Below, piece by piece: positions 25,250 to 38,908 of a DNA stretch of 64,000 bases (position 1 is the stretch's first letter; every line of letters starts with the position of its first letter). This stretch comes from Octopus vulgaris (Eukaryota): positions 59,706,001-59,770,000 of the forward strand of contig OX597833.1 of NCBI GenBank assembly GCA_951406725.2, in the 5' to 3' direction. The notes beneath the pieces were generated by a model. It ran no database searches. It had not been told where the DNA came from and worked only from the letters and a program-made list of their open reading frames with translations. Both the position numbers and the translations under genes were made by a program.

Positions 25250-27400
25250 CAGTTTGCTTTGTATTCAGAAGTATTGTTGATGCCTACTTTCTTGTGAGAT
25301 CACTGAGTATTTAGCTGGGAGTAAGCCATTGCACCTAGCATTCATTAACTTGGAGAAAGCCTTTGACAGGGTTCTGCTCTCTATAGTTTTGTGTTCACTA
25401 AGGATGTTAGAAGGTTTATGAAGACAGCACAACTATGTACAGAAATGCTAATAGCAAGGTGAAAGTCAGCAATACTTTGCTATCACTATGCAGTAAAAAT
25501 AGAACAAAATGTAGCGTGCAGGTAGGGGTTCAGAAGAATGCAATTCTCAGCCCTTTTCTATTAAATATGTTTCTTTATTACCCACAAGAGGCTAAACATA
25601 GAGGGGACAAACAAGGACAGACAGATAGATTAAGTTGATGATTATATCGACCCCAGTGCGTAACTGGTACTTAATTTGTCGACCCCGAAAGGATGAAAGG
25701 CAAAGTCGACCTCGGTGGAATTTGAACTCAGAACGTAACGGCAGACGAAATACGGCTATGCATTTCGCCCGGCGTGCTAACGGTTCTCCCAGCTCTCCGC
25801 CTTTAATTTTCTGTTAAATATAGTCTTCCAAGCCATAACACAGGTGTTTAAGACAGTCTTAAGGAGCTCCAGTAACTGAAGCATTTTTGTAGAATTAGAG
25901 AAGAAATTCCAGATGAGGAATCAAAACCTTGAACCAAGAAACCCTAAAGTTAACTTAGCAAAGACTTAGATATCAGTAGAAAAGTAGACAGGATCCTACA
26001 TCCATCAGGGAAATGGTTATGTTTACTTAAAAAAAGGTAGGTAGGAATTCCATGCTGTTTATCTACGAGGTGTGATGGAATCACAGGCCAGTCATTAAAG
26101 AAGGAAGACTTGTATGTTGCAGGTGCACAGGAACAAACATTGAGTGCATGGGAAGTAGATTTTCCCAAACGTCTTGAAGTAGTTGATAGCGTCTGTTATC
26201 TCGGAGACCTAACTATCAATGGGGATGGCAGTGTTCTGAAAGTGTAGCTTTGCAAATATAAAAAAAAAAGGTAGTGAATGTTCAGGAACTATTACCTCTG
26301 TTGGTTACAAAGGATTTCTTTATTGGAGTGAAAAGCAGATTTTATGATGCTTGTATATGATCTGTAATTTTATTCGGTTTTAAAGTTTATTCTGCGGTAA
26401 TTTGGAATTGAAACCACCAGCTTCTGTTGTTCAGTTTTTAAAAAAGGTAAGTGAATGTTCAGGAACTATTACCTCTGTTGGTTACAAAGGATTTCTTTAT
26501 TGGAGTGAAAAGCAGATTTTATGATGCTTGTATATGATCTGTAATTTTATTCGGTTTTAAAGTTTATTCTGCGGTAATTTGGAATTGAAACCACCAGCTT
26601 CTGTTGTTCAGTTTTTAAAAAAGGTAGTGAATGTTCAGGAACTATTACCTCTGTTGGTTACAAAGGATTTCTTTATTGGAGTGAAAAGCAGATTTTATGA
26701 TGCTTGTATATGATCTGTAATTTTATTCGGTTTTAAAGTTTATTCTGCGGTAATTTGGAATTGAAACCACCAGCTTCTGTTGTTCAGTTTTTAAAAAAGG
26801 TAGTGAATGTTCAGGAACTATTACCTCTGTTGGTTACAAAGGATTTCTTTATTGGAGTGAAAAGCAGATTTTATGATGCTTGTATATGATCTGTAATTTT
26901 ATTCGGTTTTAAAGTTTATTCTGCGGTAATTTGGAATTGAAACCACCAGCTTCTGTTGTTCAGTTTTTATTCTCATCTTATTTTTGCTTCAAACCATCAG
27001 CTTCTGTTGTCCAGCTTCTAATCTTTGAATTCTGACATGGATAAAATAATATAATAATGAAATTATTGTATACAGTGCTCATGTTGTATGATAGTGAAAT
27101 GTGGGCCCTGAATGCAGAGGAGTTGCAAAGATTAGAGAGGAATGAAGCTTGTATGCACCATTGCATGTGCAACATCCATGTGCATGAATAACAGAGTAAA
27201 AAACAAGATATGAAGAATCAAATGTAGTGTGTAAAAGGGAAAATATTGCATTGGTAGAGGTATGATGAATATAGAGGTTGACATCTGTACAAAGGAGTGT
27301 AGGGTGTTAAAAGGTGACGGAACCTGTGGAAGGAGGAGACCCACAAAGACAAGGAAAGAAATGGTAACGATTGATCTTGAGATGCTGTGCTCCACTGAAG
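25250..27400 (+). mobile_element. decayed RTE LINE RT region, interrupted by SINE A (25570-25803) and a tandem array
   Basis: LEKAFDRV, MYRNANSKVKV, VGVQ..LSPFL, CYLGD, MLYDSEMWAL and GRRRPTKT relics. Confidence 0.7.
26270..26968. repeat. four near-identical tandem copies of a 176-bp unit
   Basis: Unit starts at 26270, 26446, 26623 and 26799. Confidence 0.95.
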
Positions 27401-28403
27401 AGGTTTTGGAGCTGGATTTTCTATGGGGAGCATGCCCCTGCTTACTTCCAACCTTAGTTTCTAGACATGAGTGGTCCCAAGACCAAGACCTCTACCACGG
27501 TTTTTAAGAAATGTGGTGGAAAACTAGCTCAGGAAGGCAAGGACGCTACTCCCTGAGACCCCTTTCGGAATCCCCCCTACATGAAGGCTACCTATATATA
27601 TATATGTTTCTACTATTAAATCTAATTGTCTTTTGGACATAAACATTTTTTTTACATACATCAATAATGACTTTCTCACTGGTAATGCTTTCCCTGTATA
27701 TTGCACAAATGTAATTTCTTTTTCTCCCAAATAAATTGCACTTCATATTTGAGGCTCTGATGAAGCTAAAGGTACTCAACAAGTCCACTGCATCTTATAG
27801 CAGAAACAGCTGTAAGCTAATGAAGTTCATAACATAACCATTGTTTTTCCTCTGTTGTCTCTTTTTCTTATCTATATTTGCTTGTGTGTGAAAAAAGCAC
27901 TTCGTACACACTGTGTGGTGGTTGGCATTAGGAAGGGCATCCCGCTTTAGTAACCATATCAAAGCTGAGATTGAAGCTGTTGCTTCATTGGATCCCGTCA
28001 AACTGTCCAACCCATGCCAGCATGGAAAACAGACGTTATATGATGATCATGATTCACAGATGTTTTTGAGCGTATATAAATGTCTTTATTCATTATGTGT
28101 ATAATTGTTTGTGGCTACGTATATGTTTCTCTATGGATGGTTGGCGTTAGGAAGGACATCCAGCTGTAGAAACTCTGCCAGATCAGACTGGAGCCTGGTG
28201 CAGCCATCTGGTTCGCCCCAGTCCTCAGTCAAATCGTCCAACCCATGCTAGCATAGAAAGTGGACGTTAAATGATGATGATGATGATGAAATGTATGGAT
28301 ACATGTATATAAATATGTATATAAATGTATGTATACATGTGAATGTGTGTATATTTGCATATATGTATACATGTGTATATGTAAGAATGTTCATGTTTAT
28401 CTT

Positions 28404-28452
<49 letters not shown>

Positions 28453-28594
28453 GTATGTCCTTACAAATATATATGTATATAATGTACTTCCTATACACAC
28501 TTGTGGGTATATGAATATATATATATATAAATGTATGTCCTTACAAATATATATGTATATAATGTACTTCCTATACACACTTGTAGGTATGTAA

Positions 28595-28631
<37 letters not shown>

Positions 28632-29599
28632 CATATAAGGTCATATATAAAATTATTTATCCAGATTGTTTCCAGCTACTCTGCCAATCCCACAAAGGAT
28701 TCCATGGAAAGTTGTGTTTAGCAGGATTTCAACTCTAAAGAGCAAAAGATATGATCTAGATACTAAGAGTACTGTCTGTCTCTGTCATTGAGTAACACAT
28801 CAACCTCCGTGTATGTATGTGTGTGTGTGTGTGTGCAGTAATAGGTAGGTCTGTTGCTTTAGTTACCAAACTGTGGGCATGTGTGGGTGTACTCTTTCCC
28901 TCTCTCGCACACACACACACATCATTTCGAATATGCTCCCAAGTTTCTAAAGGAGCTTTATCAGCTCCCAACTATCTCTAAGATAACAGTCAAATAAACC
29001 CCAATCTTTTCTCCTAGCCCCTGCCTTACCGAACATTACACACACACAAACACACATATGTATGTAGTGTGTCCTGTAAGTAAAACCTCATTTAAGTCAG
29101 TTTCGTTTGGAAAAAGCTTATACATTTCTGGGACAAATGTGTGTGTATATATGTAGGTATATATTATAATGTAACTACATAGATCTGTGTGTGTGGGTGT
29201 CAAGCTAATTCTTTGTAGACAAGAGGAGGGGGAAGTAATAAACAACGTAGACTAGGAACAAGGTGAGGGGGAAGACTTGTAAGGGATTAGTTAGACCAGA
29301 ATTGTTGGGGTCCCTAACTGATATCTTCCTTCTCAGTCTATCTCCCTCCCTCCCTCTCTCTGTCTTTTCTCTTTCTTCCCTCTCTTTTTGGATGTCTAAA
29401 TTGATTTAGGTATCTGATAATTTTTTTTGAAATCTATGCTACCCCATCTTACTGATAGGAATGGGGTCTTCTTCAGATCATTTATTCTGTCCCCACAACT
29501 GTAATGGGGATGTAGGGTTGTGGTTTCGGGGGGGGGGAGTGAACTGGAGGTTTGTTGTAGGAGTAGTGTAGTAGTAGTAGTAGTGTGACCCCCTAGATG

Positions 29600-29885
29600 C
29601 AGAGGGAATGAGGGGTTGCAACCGGAGGTGGTGTGAAGGGTTGTGACCTGAGGTGAGGTGAGGGGCTGCAACTGGAGGTGGGGCAAGGGGCTACAACAGG
29701 AACTGTAGCTGGATAGCTGGAGTGAGGGGCTTGCAACTGGAGTGGGGTGTGGGACTCACAACCTGAGGTGGGACAAGGAGCCCCACAACCACAAGGGTGG
29801 AAGCCAAAAGTGGAGCAAAGGGCAGCAACCAGAGGTGGAGTGAGGTGGCTGCAACCAGAGGTAGGTGGAGCTAGGGGACACGGCT
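29600..29885. repeat. G-rich degenerate minisatellite (ggggctgcaactggaggtgg-like)
   Basis: About 10 diverged units of roughly 25-30 bp. Confidence 0.6.
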
Positions 29886-30046
29886 GGGTATATACAATAG
29901 GTTTCTTCTATAGGATCCAACTTCCTTCATTCTAACCAAACTTTTACCTTTCCCTTTAGCCAACAACAGTATTTTCATCACCTCACATAATACCACTTAT
30001 TAATTGTTCTCTGTAGACACATCACCATACACATCTCTCTTCCTAA

Positions 30047-30457
30047 TACTCTTTACTCTTTTACTTGTTTCAGTCATTTGACTGCGGCCATGCTGGAGCA
30101 CCGCCTTTAGTCGAGCAAATCGACCCCGGGACTTATTCTTTGTAAGCCCAGTACTTATTCTATCGGTCTCTTTTTGCCGAACTGCTAAGTGACGGGGACG
30201 TAAACACACCAGCATCGGTTGTCAAGCGATGGTGGGGGGACAAACACAGACACACAAACATATACACACATATATATATATATATACATATATACGACAG
30301 GCTTCTTTCAGTTTCCGTCTACCAAATCCACTCACAAGGCATTGGTCGGCCCGAGGCTATAGAAGAAGACACTTGCCCAAGATGCCACGCAGTGGGACGG
30401 AACCCAGAACCATGTGGCTGGTAAGCAAGCTACTTACCACACAGCCACTCCTGCGCC
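30047..30457 (-). mobile_element. SINE family B, full length
   Basis: Reverse complement of the 6447-6847 family. Confidence 0.9.
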
Positions 30458-30469
30458 TAATATATATAT

Positions 30470-30945
30470 AATAAAACAAATGGTTTACACCTGGTAGCTT
30501 ACCAGTAAAGCACGGTCACTTTCACAGTGATCGTTATGCATATGGCAAACGAGAGATGGAATATATGAGATTGTTGTATTTCGGAATGGTCATTTTGCCA
30601 GTTTAGCCAATAAAAACACACGCACTATATATTTGGTGTTACTTTGCTTCAGCGTTATTTATTTTTTACATTAATCTTTATCTTATTTCGGCCAGAGTTC
30701 TTTCGTCACGCTCCTGTGACTGCATCAGTGGTCCTTTGTTTTCTTCTTTCTTATTTGTGTGTCTCTCCTTACTAACCATCGAGAATTTATTGTTAATCAT
30801 GACAATTGTTTTGACACATCTAGCGTCAATCCCTCATGGGTGGGGCACTCAACAACTGGTTCAGGGGCATCCGGTGGTGCAGATGTATCTTGATAAATAA
30901 ACACAGTTTCTTAAGATAACAGCTCCACAATGTAACTTCTCCTTT
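30470..30945 (-). mobile_element. probable Penelope-like remnant between (TA)n and (TCTA)n tracts
   Basis: Bounded by microsatellites; contains a hammerhead-like motif. Confidence 0.45.
30690..30734 (-). ncRNA. minimal hammerhead-like motif with an extra core nucleotide
   Basis: ggacca CTGATGCA gtcac-aggagc-gtgac GAAA gaac TC tggcc. Confidence 0.5.
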
Positions 30946-31103
30946 GCCACATATATCTATCTGTCTGTCTGTCTATTTATCTATCTGTCTATCTATCTGT
31001 CTGTTTATTTATCTGTCTATCTATCTGTCTGTTTATCTATCTGTCTGTCTATCTATCTGTCTATCTGTCTATCTATCTGTCTATCTATCTGTCTATCTAT
31101 CTG

Positions 31104-31197
<94 letters not shown>

Positions 31198-31482
31198 TAC
31201 ATACATACATATATACACACACACACACAAGCATATATATATATATATATATATGTGCACACACATTCTTTACCATACATCATGATACACACTACATAGT
31301 CTTTATTACCTTTGCACAAATAAAAATCTCTTTCTCACACTTGTTTTCTGCAAACCACAATAAAAACACAGTGAGCGTGACTAAGCACAGTGACTAAAGA
31401 GAGTGGGTGTGATGTTTATGTTTATATAATATACATTATGTAAATATACGTATATGTATAAATTATGATTATTATTATTAGA

Positions 31483-32025
31483 AGGGTTGTAGTTTGCAGA
31501 ATTGCTAGAGCTTCGGAAAAATGCCTAGTGGTATTTCTGCCAGTTACTTATATTCTGAGTTCAAATCCTGCCTAAGCTAACTTTGACTTTTATCCTTCAG
31601 GATCAATAAAATAAAGTCCCACTAAAATACTGAGAGCCGAAGTGCTTGACTAAATCCCAGCATTTCATCCTGAGTTTATATTCAGAGTTCAAATTCCACT
31701 GAGGTCAACTTTGCCTTTCATCCTTTAGGGGTCAGTAAAATAAGTACCAGTTGAGAACTGGGGCTGATGTAATTGACTTACCCTCTCCCTTAAAATTACT
31801 GGACTTGTACCTAAATCAGAAACAACAATTATAATAATTAGATAAAAAAAATGTGGCGAGCTGGCAGACTTGTTAGCACGCTGGGCAAAATGCTTAGCCG
31901 TATTTTGCCCAATGATACATTCTGAGTTCAAATTCTGCTGAGGTCAACTTTGCCTTTCTCATCCTTTTGGGGTTGATAAAATAAGTACCAGTTGAACACT
32001 GGGGTCGATGTAATTGACTCTTCCC
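31483..32025 (+). mobile_element. cluster of three decayed SINE A copies
   Basis: Repeated ctgagttcaaat..gaggtcaactttgcctttc core. Confidence 0.7.
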
Positions 32026-32804
32026 GACCTCTCTTTGTAAACCCAGTACTTATTCTATCGGTCTCTTTTGCCGAACCGCTAAGTGACGGGGACATAAACA
32101 CACCAGCATTGGTTATCAAGCAATGCTAGGGGGACAAACACAGACACACAAACGCACATACATATATACGATGGGCTTCTTTCAGTTTCCGTCTACCAAA
32201 TCCACTCACAAGGCTTTGGTCGGCCCGAGGCTATAGTATGACACTTGCCCAAGGTGCCACGCAGTGGGACTGAACCCAGAACCATGTGGTTGGTAAACAG
32301 GCTACTTACCACACAGCCACTTAGGTATCTGTCTACATGTTACCTGTTGAGCAGTAGTGGGATCGCGCCTGTGAATAGTCGTCCGTTGGCAGCCTGTTCG
32401 ATATAATTGAACTCCAACCTTTTCTTTTTCCACGGTGGTGCCCCAGCATGGCCGCGTCCTTCGGGCTAAAACATTTTTAAGGATTTAAGGATATAGTGTA
32501 TATGGTTGGAAATATAATTTCAAAGTGTTCATGGCGTCATAGTGAGGATTTGATTGAAGACTTTACAATAGTAGGAGAAAACTTTTAAAACATAAAGTGG
32601 AAGCATAAAAAGATAAAATAAACATTTTCTCCCATTTTACTCTTTGTTTTGTTTCATTTTGTGAAACAAAAAAAAAATCATTTTATTGCTTAATATTGTT
32701 TAAATTTTGAATTACATATACATGGTGACACCAGAATCTTTTTAGTGCTTAGGGCCTCAATGGGTCTTAATCTGGCCCTGTAGCAAGCACATACTCTCTC
32801 TTTT

Positions 32805-33016
32805 TTTTACTCTTTTACTTGTTTCAGTCATTTGACTGCGCCCATGCTGGAGCACTGCCTTTAGTCGAGCAAATCGACCCCAGGACTTATTCTTTATAAG
32901 CCTAGTACTTATTCTATTGGTCATTTTTGCTGAACCGCTAAGTTATAGGGACGTGAACACACCACCATCGGTTGTCAAGTGATGTTGGGAGCACAAAAAC
33001 AGACGCACAAACGTAA

Positions 33017-33047
<31 letters not shown>

Positions 33048-33356
33048 ATAAACCTTTACATAAATAAATAACGTGAAATACATGGAGGGACGAACAAAAA
33101 GACAAACGGGTCATTCAAAGCCTTCATTCTTCAGTCAGAAACTGATCCCTCATCGCAGATTTCGGCTGTTTAATTCTGATATATATATATATATACGACT
33201 GGCTTCTTTGAGTTTCCGTCTACCAAATCCACACACAAGGCTTTGGTTGGCCTGAGGCTATAGTACCAGACACTTGCCCAAGGTGCCATGCAGTAGGAAT
33301 GAACCTGGAACCATGTGGTTGGTAAGCAAGCTACTTACCACACAGCCACTCCTGCA
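32805..33356 (-). mobile_element. SINE B with a foreign insert (~33050-33180) in its microsatellite
   Basis: Both halves match family B. Confidence 0.8.
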
Positions 33357-33799
33357 CTTATACAAAAAACATTTAAACATTTCATCAAAAACATATCATA
33401 TATCATATTTTATTTCTTGATATTATTGTAAACAGAAAAGTTGTGGTGCTTGTGCCTTTGAAGTGAATGGTTTATTGTTTTTTTGTTGCTATGATAACAA
33501 TTTAACTTGCATTCACTAATTACCAACTGTAATTAGAGATGTCACTAATGATTTATCACTGCTAACATTGAAAACTGGGTGTTGCAGATTGACTCCAAGT
33601 GCAACTCCTTTGAGTATGAGTGACCCCTACACTTCATGGTGAATATGAAGGTACCTCCTTGAGGTTGACCGCCTTACATCTTGAGCTAGATATTGTTTTA
33701 TTAGGGGACTGAAAGTCATTCTCTATCTTCATAACTCAGTCGTGAAGATAAAAATATTTAATTGGTTAGTTTTTAGTCCAGCTGTTCTTCCATATTTTT

Positions 33800-34195
33800 T
33801 CTCTCTTTTTACTTGTTTCAGTCATTTTGACTGCGGCCATGCTGGTGCACCGCCTTTAATCAAGCAACTCGACCACGGGACTTATTCTTTGTAAGCCCGG
33901 TACTTGTTCTATCGGTCTCTTTTGCCAAACCGCTAAGTGACGGGGACATAAACACACCAGCATCGGTTGTCAAGCAATGCTAGGGGGACAAACACAGACA
34001 CACAAACATACACGCACATACATATATATACATATATATGACGGGCTTCTTTCAGTTTCCGCCTACCAAATCCACTCACAAGGCTTTGGTCGGCCCGAGT
34101 CAGCTATAGTAGAAGACACTTGCCCAAGGTGCCACGCAGTGGGACTGAACCCGGAACCATGTGGTTGGTAAACAAGCTACTTACCACACAGCCAC
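33800..34195 (-). mobile_element. SINE family B
   Basis: Family match; partial duplicate at 32032-32320. Confidence 0.9.
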
Positions 34196-34758
34196 TTAGG
34201 TATCTGTCTACATGTTACCTGTTGACAGCCAGGTGGTGTGTACCTCTCTTTAGATGGTGCCTATCGATGGCAAGGTGATCTGTACTTCTCCTTATGTGGT
34301 AGCTATTGACAGCTAAAAGGTCTGTACCTCTCTCTACATGGTACTCATTGACAGCGAGCTTCACTGGACTTGAACTTTTAGCTGTTTCTCAGTGTCTGTA
34401 AAATATCACAAGACATATTTGTATATATTGTCACTGAAACACAATGAAAACAAAGGGTGAATTCCATCCAGCTAACTCATTCTGGCATACATACCTCCCC
34501 ACTACCGCATCACACACCACCACCACCGCCAGTTAGCTCTGGTTGTTAAGCTTTATAACTAAATGCATTCTAACCATAACCACCCCATCTGTTGTATATT
34601 TAGGACTACATAATACATGGCTTCTGTTTTCCTAGGGGGTAGGTAGTACATGGTTTGAGGAAATTTGGTTGTTGTTTCTGACAATTTGACTGTTCACGTA
34701 GAGGTTCCCTTGTTGGCTTAGATGTTTTATTGGCTCACTGAGAATTAGTAGACAGTTA

Positions 34759-34923
34759 GGCGCAGGAGTGGCTGTGTGGTAAGTAGCTTGCTTACCAACC
34801 ACATGGTTCCGGGTTCAGTCCCACTGCGTGGCACCTTGGGCAAGTGTCTTCTACTATAACCTCGGGCCGACCAAAGCCTTGTGAGTGGATTTGGTAGAGG
34901 GAAACTGAAAGAAGCCCGTCGTA

Positions 34924-34972
<49 letters not shown>

Positions 34973-35186
34973 GTATGTGTGTGTATATGTTTGTGTCTGT
35001 GTTTGTCCCCCTAGCATTGCTAGCGATGCTGGTGTGTTTATGTCCCCGTTACTTAGCGGTTCGGCAAAAGAGACCGATAGAATAAGTACTGGACTTACAA
35101 AAGAATAAGTCCCGGGGTCGAGTTGCTCGATTAAAGGCAGTGCTCCAGCATGGCCGCAGTCAAATGACTGAAGTGAGTAAAAGAGT
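34759..35186 (+). mobile_element. SINE family B, full length
   Basis: Family match. Confidence 0.9.
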
Positions 35187-35559
35187 ATGTACCTGGTGTT
35201 TCTGCAGTTTACTGTACCCAGGGTTTATGGTTCTACATTCAGCAGTTACCTCGTACCTTGTGTTTGTTGGGCTCACTGGTTAGTCTCAAAGAACACTAAC
35301 TCAATGAGGAAGGCTCCACATGGTCACTCTGCCTGCTAGAAATAGGAAGCAAATCTCTATCAAATAATAATACAGTTTTTAGAAAAGGAAGAACTCATGT
35401 AATTTTAAATGCATTGTTTTTTAATTAAAAAAAAAAACTGGATGGTCATTTATTGGAATGTCTTTGTTCAAAAGTCTGTTGATTAGGGTTGGTGACAACA
35501 ATATTAAATATGGTTTAAAGTTGTGTCTAAGTAGCTGAGGTATGATGACTTCTTGAGTG

Positions 35560-35705
35560 ATGTCTTCTGATTAATGTTGGCTGGTGTCTTCTGATTAATG
35601 TCGATATGCCTTCAGATTAATGTTGATTGATGCCTTCAGATTAAATGTGACTGATACCTCCTGATTAATGTCGACTGATGCCTCCTGATTAATGTCGACT
35701 GATGT
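35560..35705. repeat. ~24-bp minisatellite (tgatgcctcctgattaatgtcgac)
   Basis: About 6 units. Confidence 0.8.
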
Positions 35706-36194
35706 GGTAGTGTCACTCATCTCTGTCATCCTCTCTCCATGTATCACAGTATACTGACACTATTTAGGGACCTATCAACAGCTACAGGTAGCAATATTAG
35801 AACCCAACCACACTATGGCATATATTTACGGCTGGATGTAGTGTACCTACCCAGGGTATATATTTCACAAATTCTGATAGGTATTTATGTATTTATGTGA
35901 TGTACCTCCATATCTAACCTATCAACAGCTAAGTACCTGTCTTAACATGGTATCTGTTGGCAACCAGGTGACCTGTGCCTCTCTCTCTGCATGGTACCTA
36001 TTGACAGCTAGATGGTCTGTATCTCTCTCTTAGTGGTATCTATTAACAGCTAGTTTTTTACTGGACCTGAACTTTTGACGGTTTCTCATCTCTATATCTG
36101 TAACATACAAATGTATCAAGCTTTGTTTTCTATGCATTGTCACTGATACATAATGAAAACAAAGAGGGTGAATGCCAGCCAACTCATGCTGGTA

Positions 36195-36204
36195 TATATG
36201 TATG

Positions 36205-36237
<33 letters not shown>

Positions 36238-36648
36238 ATGTATGTGTGTGTGTATGTATGTATGTATATGTGTGTGTGTGTGTATATGTGTGTGTGTATG
36301 TATGTATATATATATGTATGTGTATATATATATATATATGTATGTGTATCTGTATATATATATATATATATATGTATGTGTATATATATATGTATGTGTG
36401 TATATATGTATGTGTATCTGTATATATATATATATATATGTATGTGTATATATATATGTGTATGTATATATATATGTATGTGTGTATATATATATATGTA
36501 TGTGTGTATATATATATATGTATGTGTATATATATATATATATATGTATGTGTGTATATATATATATGTATGTGTGTATATATATATATATGTATATATA
36601 TATATGTATGTGTGTATATATATATGTATATATATATATGTATGTGTG

Positions 36649-36695
<47 letters not shown>

Positions 36696-36704
36696 GTATG
36701 TGTG

Positions 36705-36735
<31 letters not shown>

Positions 36736-36750
36736 GTATGTGTATGTGTG

Positions 36751-36781
<31 letters not shown>

Positions 36782-36910
36782 GTATGTGTATGTGTGTGTA
36801 TACATATGTATGTGTATGTGTGTATATATATGTATGTGTATGTGTGTATATATATATATATATGTATGTGTATATATATATATATGTGTATGTATATATA
36901 TGTATGTATA
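36195..36910. repeat. (TA/TG)n compound microsatellite
   Basis: Seen directly. Confidence 0.95.
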
Positions 36911-37146
36911 CCTCACACATCGTTATCGTTACACTAAACAATCACCATCACTGCCATTACTACACCACCTCACTAATAACATCCCACTTCCACTTCACCC
37001 CCCCCTGCTTATACTACACCACCACCACCACGACCACTAATGCAATAACCCACCGCCACCACTACCACATCTTTCTACTGTAACAACATGACTCAGATTA
37101 TTACTTTTTTATGAATTCTTGCTTCACAACAACAACAATAATAATA

Positions 37147-37798
37147 GTCCTCTCTACTAAAAGCACAATGCCTGAAATTTTGTGGGAGGGGGTCTGGTCG
37201 ATTACATCAACTCCAGTACTCAACTGGTATTTTTTTTCATAAGGCGGCGAGCTGGCAGAAACGTTAGCACGCCGGGTGAAATGCTTAGCGGTATTTCGTC
37301 TGCGTTATGTTGCGAGTTCAAATTCCGCCGAGGTTGACTTTGCCTTTCATCCTTTCGGGGTCGATAAACTAAGTACCAGTTACGCACTGGGGTCGATGTA
37401 ATCGACTTAATACCCATGTCTGTCCTTGTTTGTCCCCTCTGTGTTTAGCTCCTTGTGGGTAGTAAAGAAATTAGTTATTTCATCTGCTGCTACGTTCTGA
37501 GTTCAAATTCCGCCGAGGTCAACTTTACCTTTCATCCTTTTGGGGTCGATAAATTAAGTACCAGTTACGCACTGGGGGGTCAATGTAATCGACTTAATAC
37601 CTATGTCTGTCCTTGTTTGTCCCCTCTGTGTTTAGCCCCTTGTGGGTAACAAAGAAATAGGTATTTTTTTTCATTGACCCTGACAGGATGGATAAAAGGC
37701 AAAGTTGACCTCGGCAGAATTTGTACTCAGAACGTAAAGGTGGATGAAATACCGCTAAGCATTTCGCCTGGCATACTAACAATTCTGCCAACTCGCCA
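37147..37798. mobile_element. SINE A dimer (+, 37243-37659) nested in an antisense SINE A variant
   Basis: Identical 15-bp TSD ggtattttttttcat at 37226-37240 and 37660-37674. Confidence 0.9.
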
Positions 37799-37981
37799 CT
37801 GTAATAACAACAACAATGATAACTCGATCAATTCCTGGCAATATCTGAAGAAGGAATTTTCATATTCCGAAATATATCAGACTATGAATAATTAAATTAT
37901 AACAGCTATTATAATCCACTCTGAATTGTTGTGCCATTCAAGACACGTTATATTTCAAAAACGATAGCTTGATTATCTCCC

Positions 37982-37982
37982 A

Positions 37983-38014
<32 letters not shown>

Positions 38015-38153
38015 TAATACTAAAAATAATAATAATAATAATACTAAAAATAAAATTAATAATAATAATAAAAATATTAATAATAATAATAATAAAAATG
38101 ATATTAATAATAATAATAATAAAAATAATATTAATAATAATAATAATAATAAA

Positions 38154-38187
<34 letters not shown>

Positions 38188-38190
38188 TAG
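37982..38190. repeat. (AAT)n microsatellite
   Basis: Seen directly. Confidence 0.95.
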
Positions 38191-38369
38191 TATAGATACG
38201 AAAGGCTTTTAGAGTTAATGGCGTTGTGGCATTTATTCCTTTCTCAGTAAGAGAGATGATTGCTTTATATAATGATTTATAAATTAAGACCTGACCACCA
38301 CATTGAAGGGTAGGGTTAATGGTAGGTGAAGAGCTGGAGGTGACCTCTGAATGGTTGTTAGGGAGGGCT

Positions 38370-38730
38370 TTATTAGTAGGGGCCATGGATGGGAGCAGAG
38401 CACTATATTAAACTGAGCAGCAGGCTATGTCTGTCTGGACTCTGTTAAAGGGAACTGTGGAGGGTAGTGGTGTTAAATGGAGTAACAGCCTATGTCTGTC
38501 TGGGTTCCATTAAAAGGGCCATGAGGGGTAGTGTTGTTAAACAGAGTAACTGGCTATGTCTATCTAGGTTTCTACTAATAGGGGCCATAGGGAGGTAGTG
38601 GTAGTAAACTGAGCAACAGGCTACATCTATCTTGGCTTCATTAATAGGGCCCATTGGGGGTAATGATGTTAAACTAAGCAACGGATTTATGCCTATTTGG
38701 GCTTCACTAATGGCGTAAACCAGCAATAAT
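38370..38730. repeat. ~65-bp minisatellite, about 5.5 diverged copies
   Basis: ggggccatgg..gtagtg.tgttaaactgagcaacaggctatgtct recurs near 38380, 38450, 38516, 38581 and 38646. Confidence 0.8.
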
Positions 38731-38908
38731 TAAGTCATCATTAATTAAATTGGTATATCAGGGTGGTGAATTGGCAGAAACATTAGAGCATTGAAAAATG
38801 GAATGCTTTGTGGTATTTGTTCTGAGTTCAAGTCCTACCAAAGTTATCTTTGCCTTTCACTGTCATTTTAGGGATGATAAAGTTGCAGTCAAGTTTTGGG
38901 GTCTATGG

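Noticed and set aside
26270-26968. CRISPR-like regular array (also 38370-38730 and 18600-19445)
   Set aside because: Plain tandem repeats with no unique spacers and no cas genes, in eukaryotic DNA.
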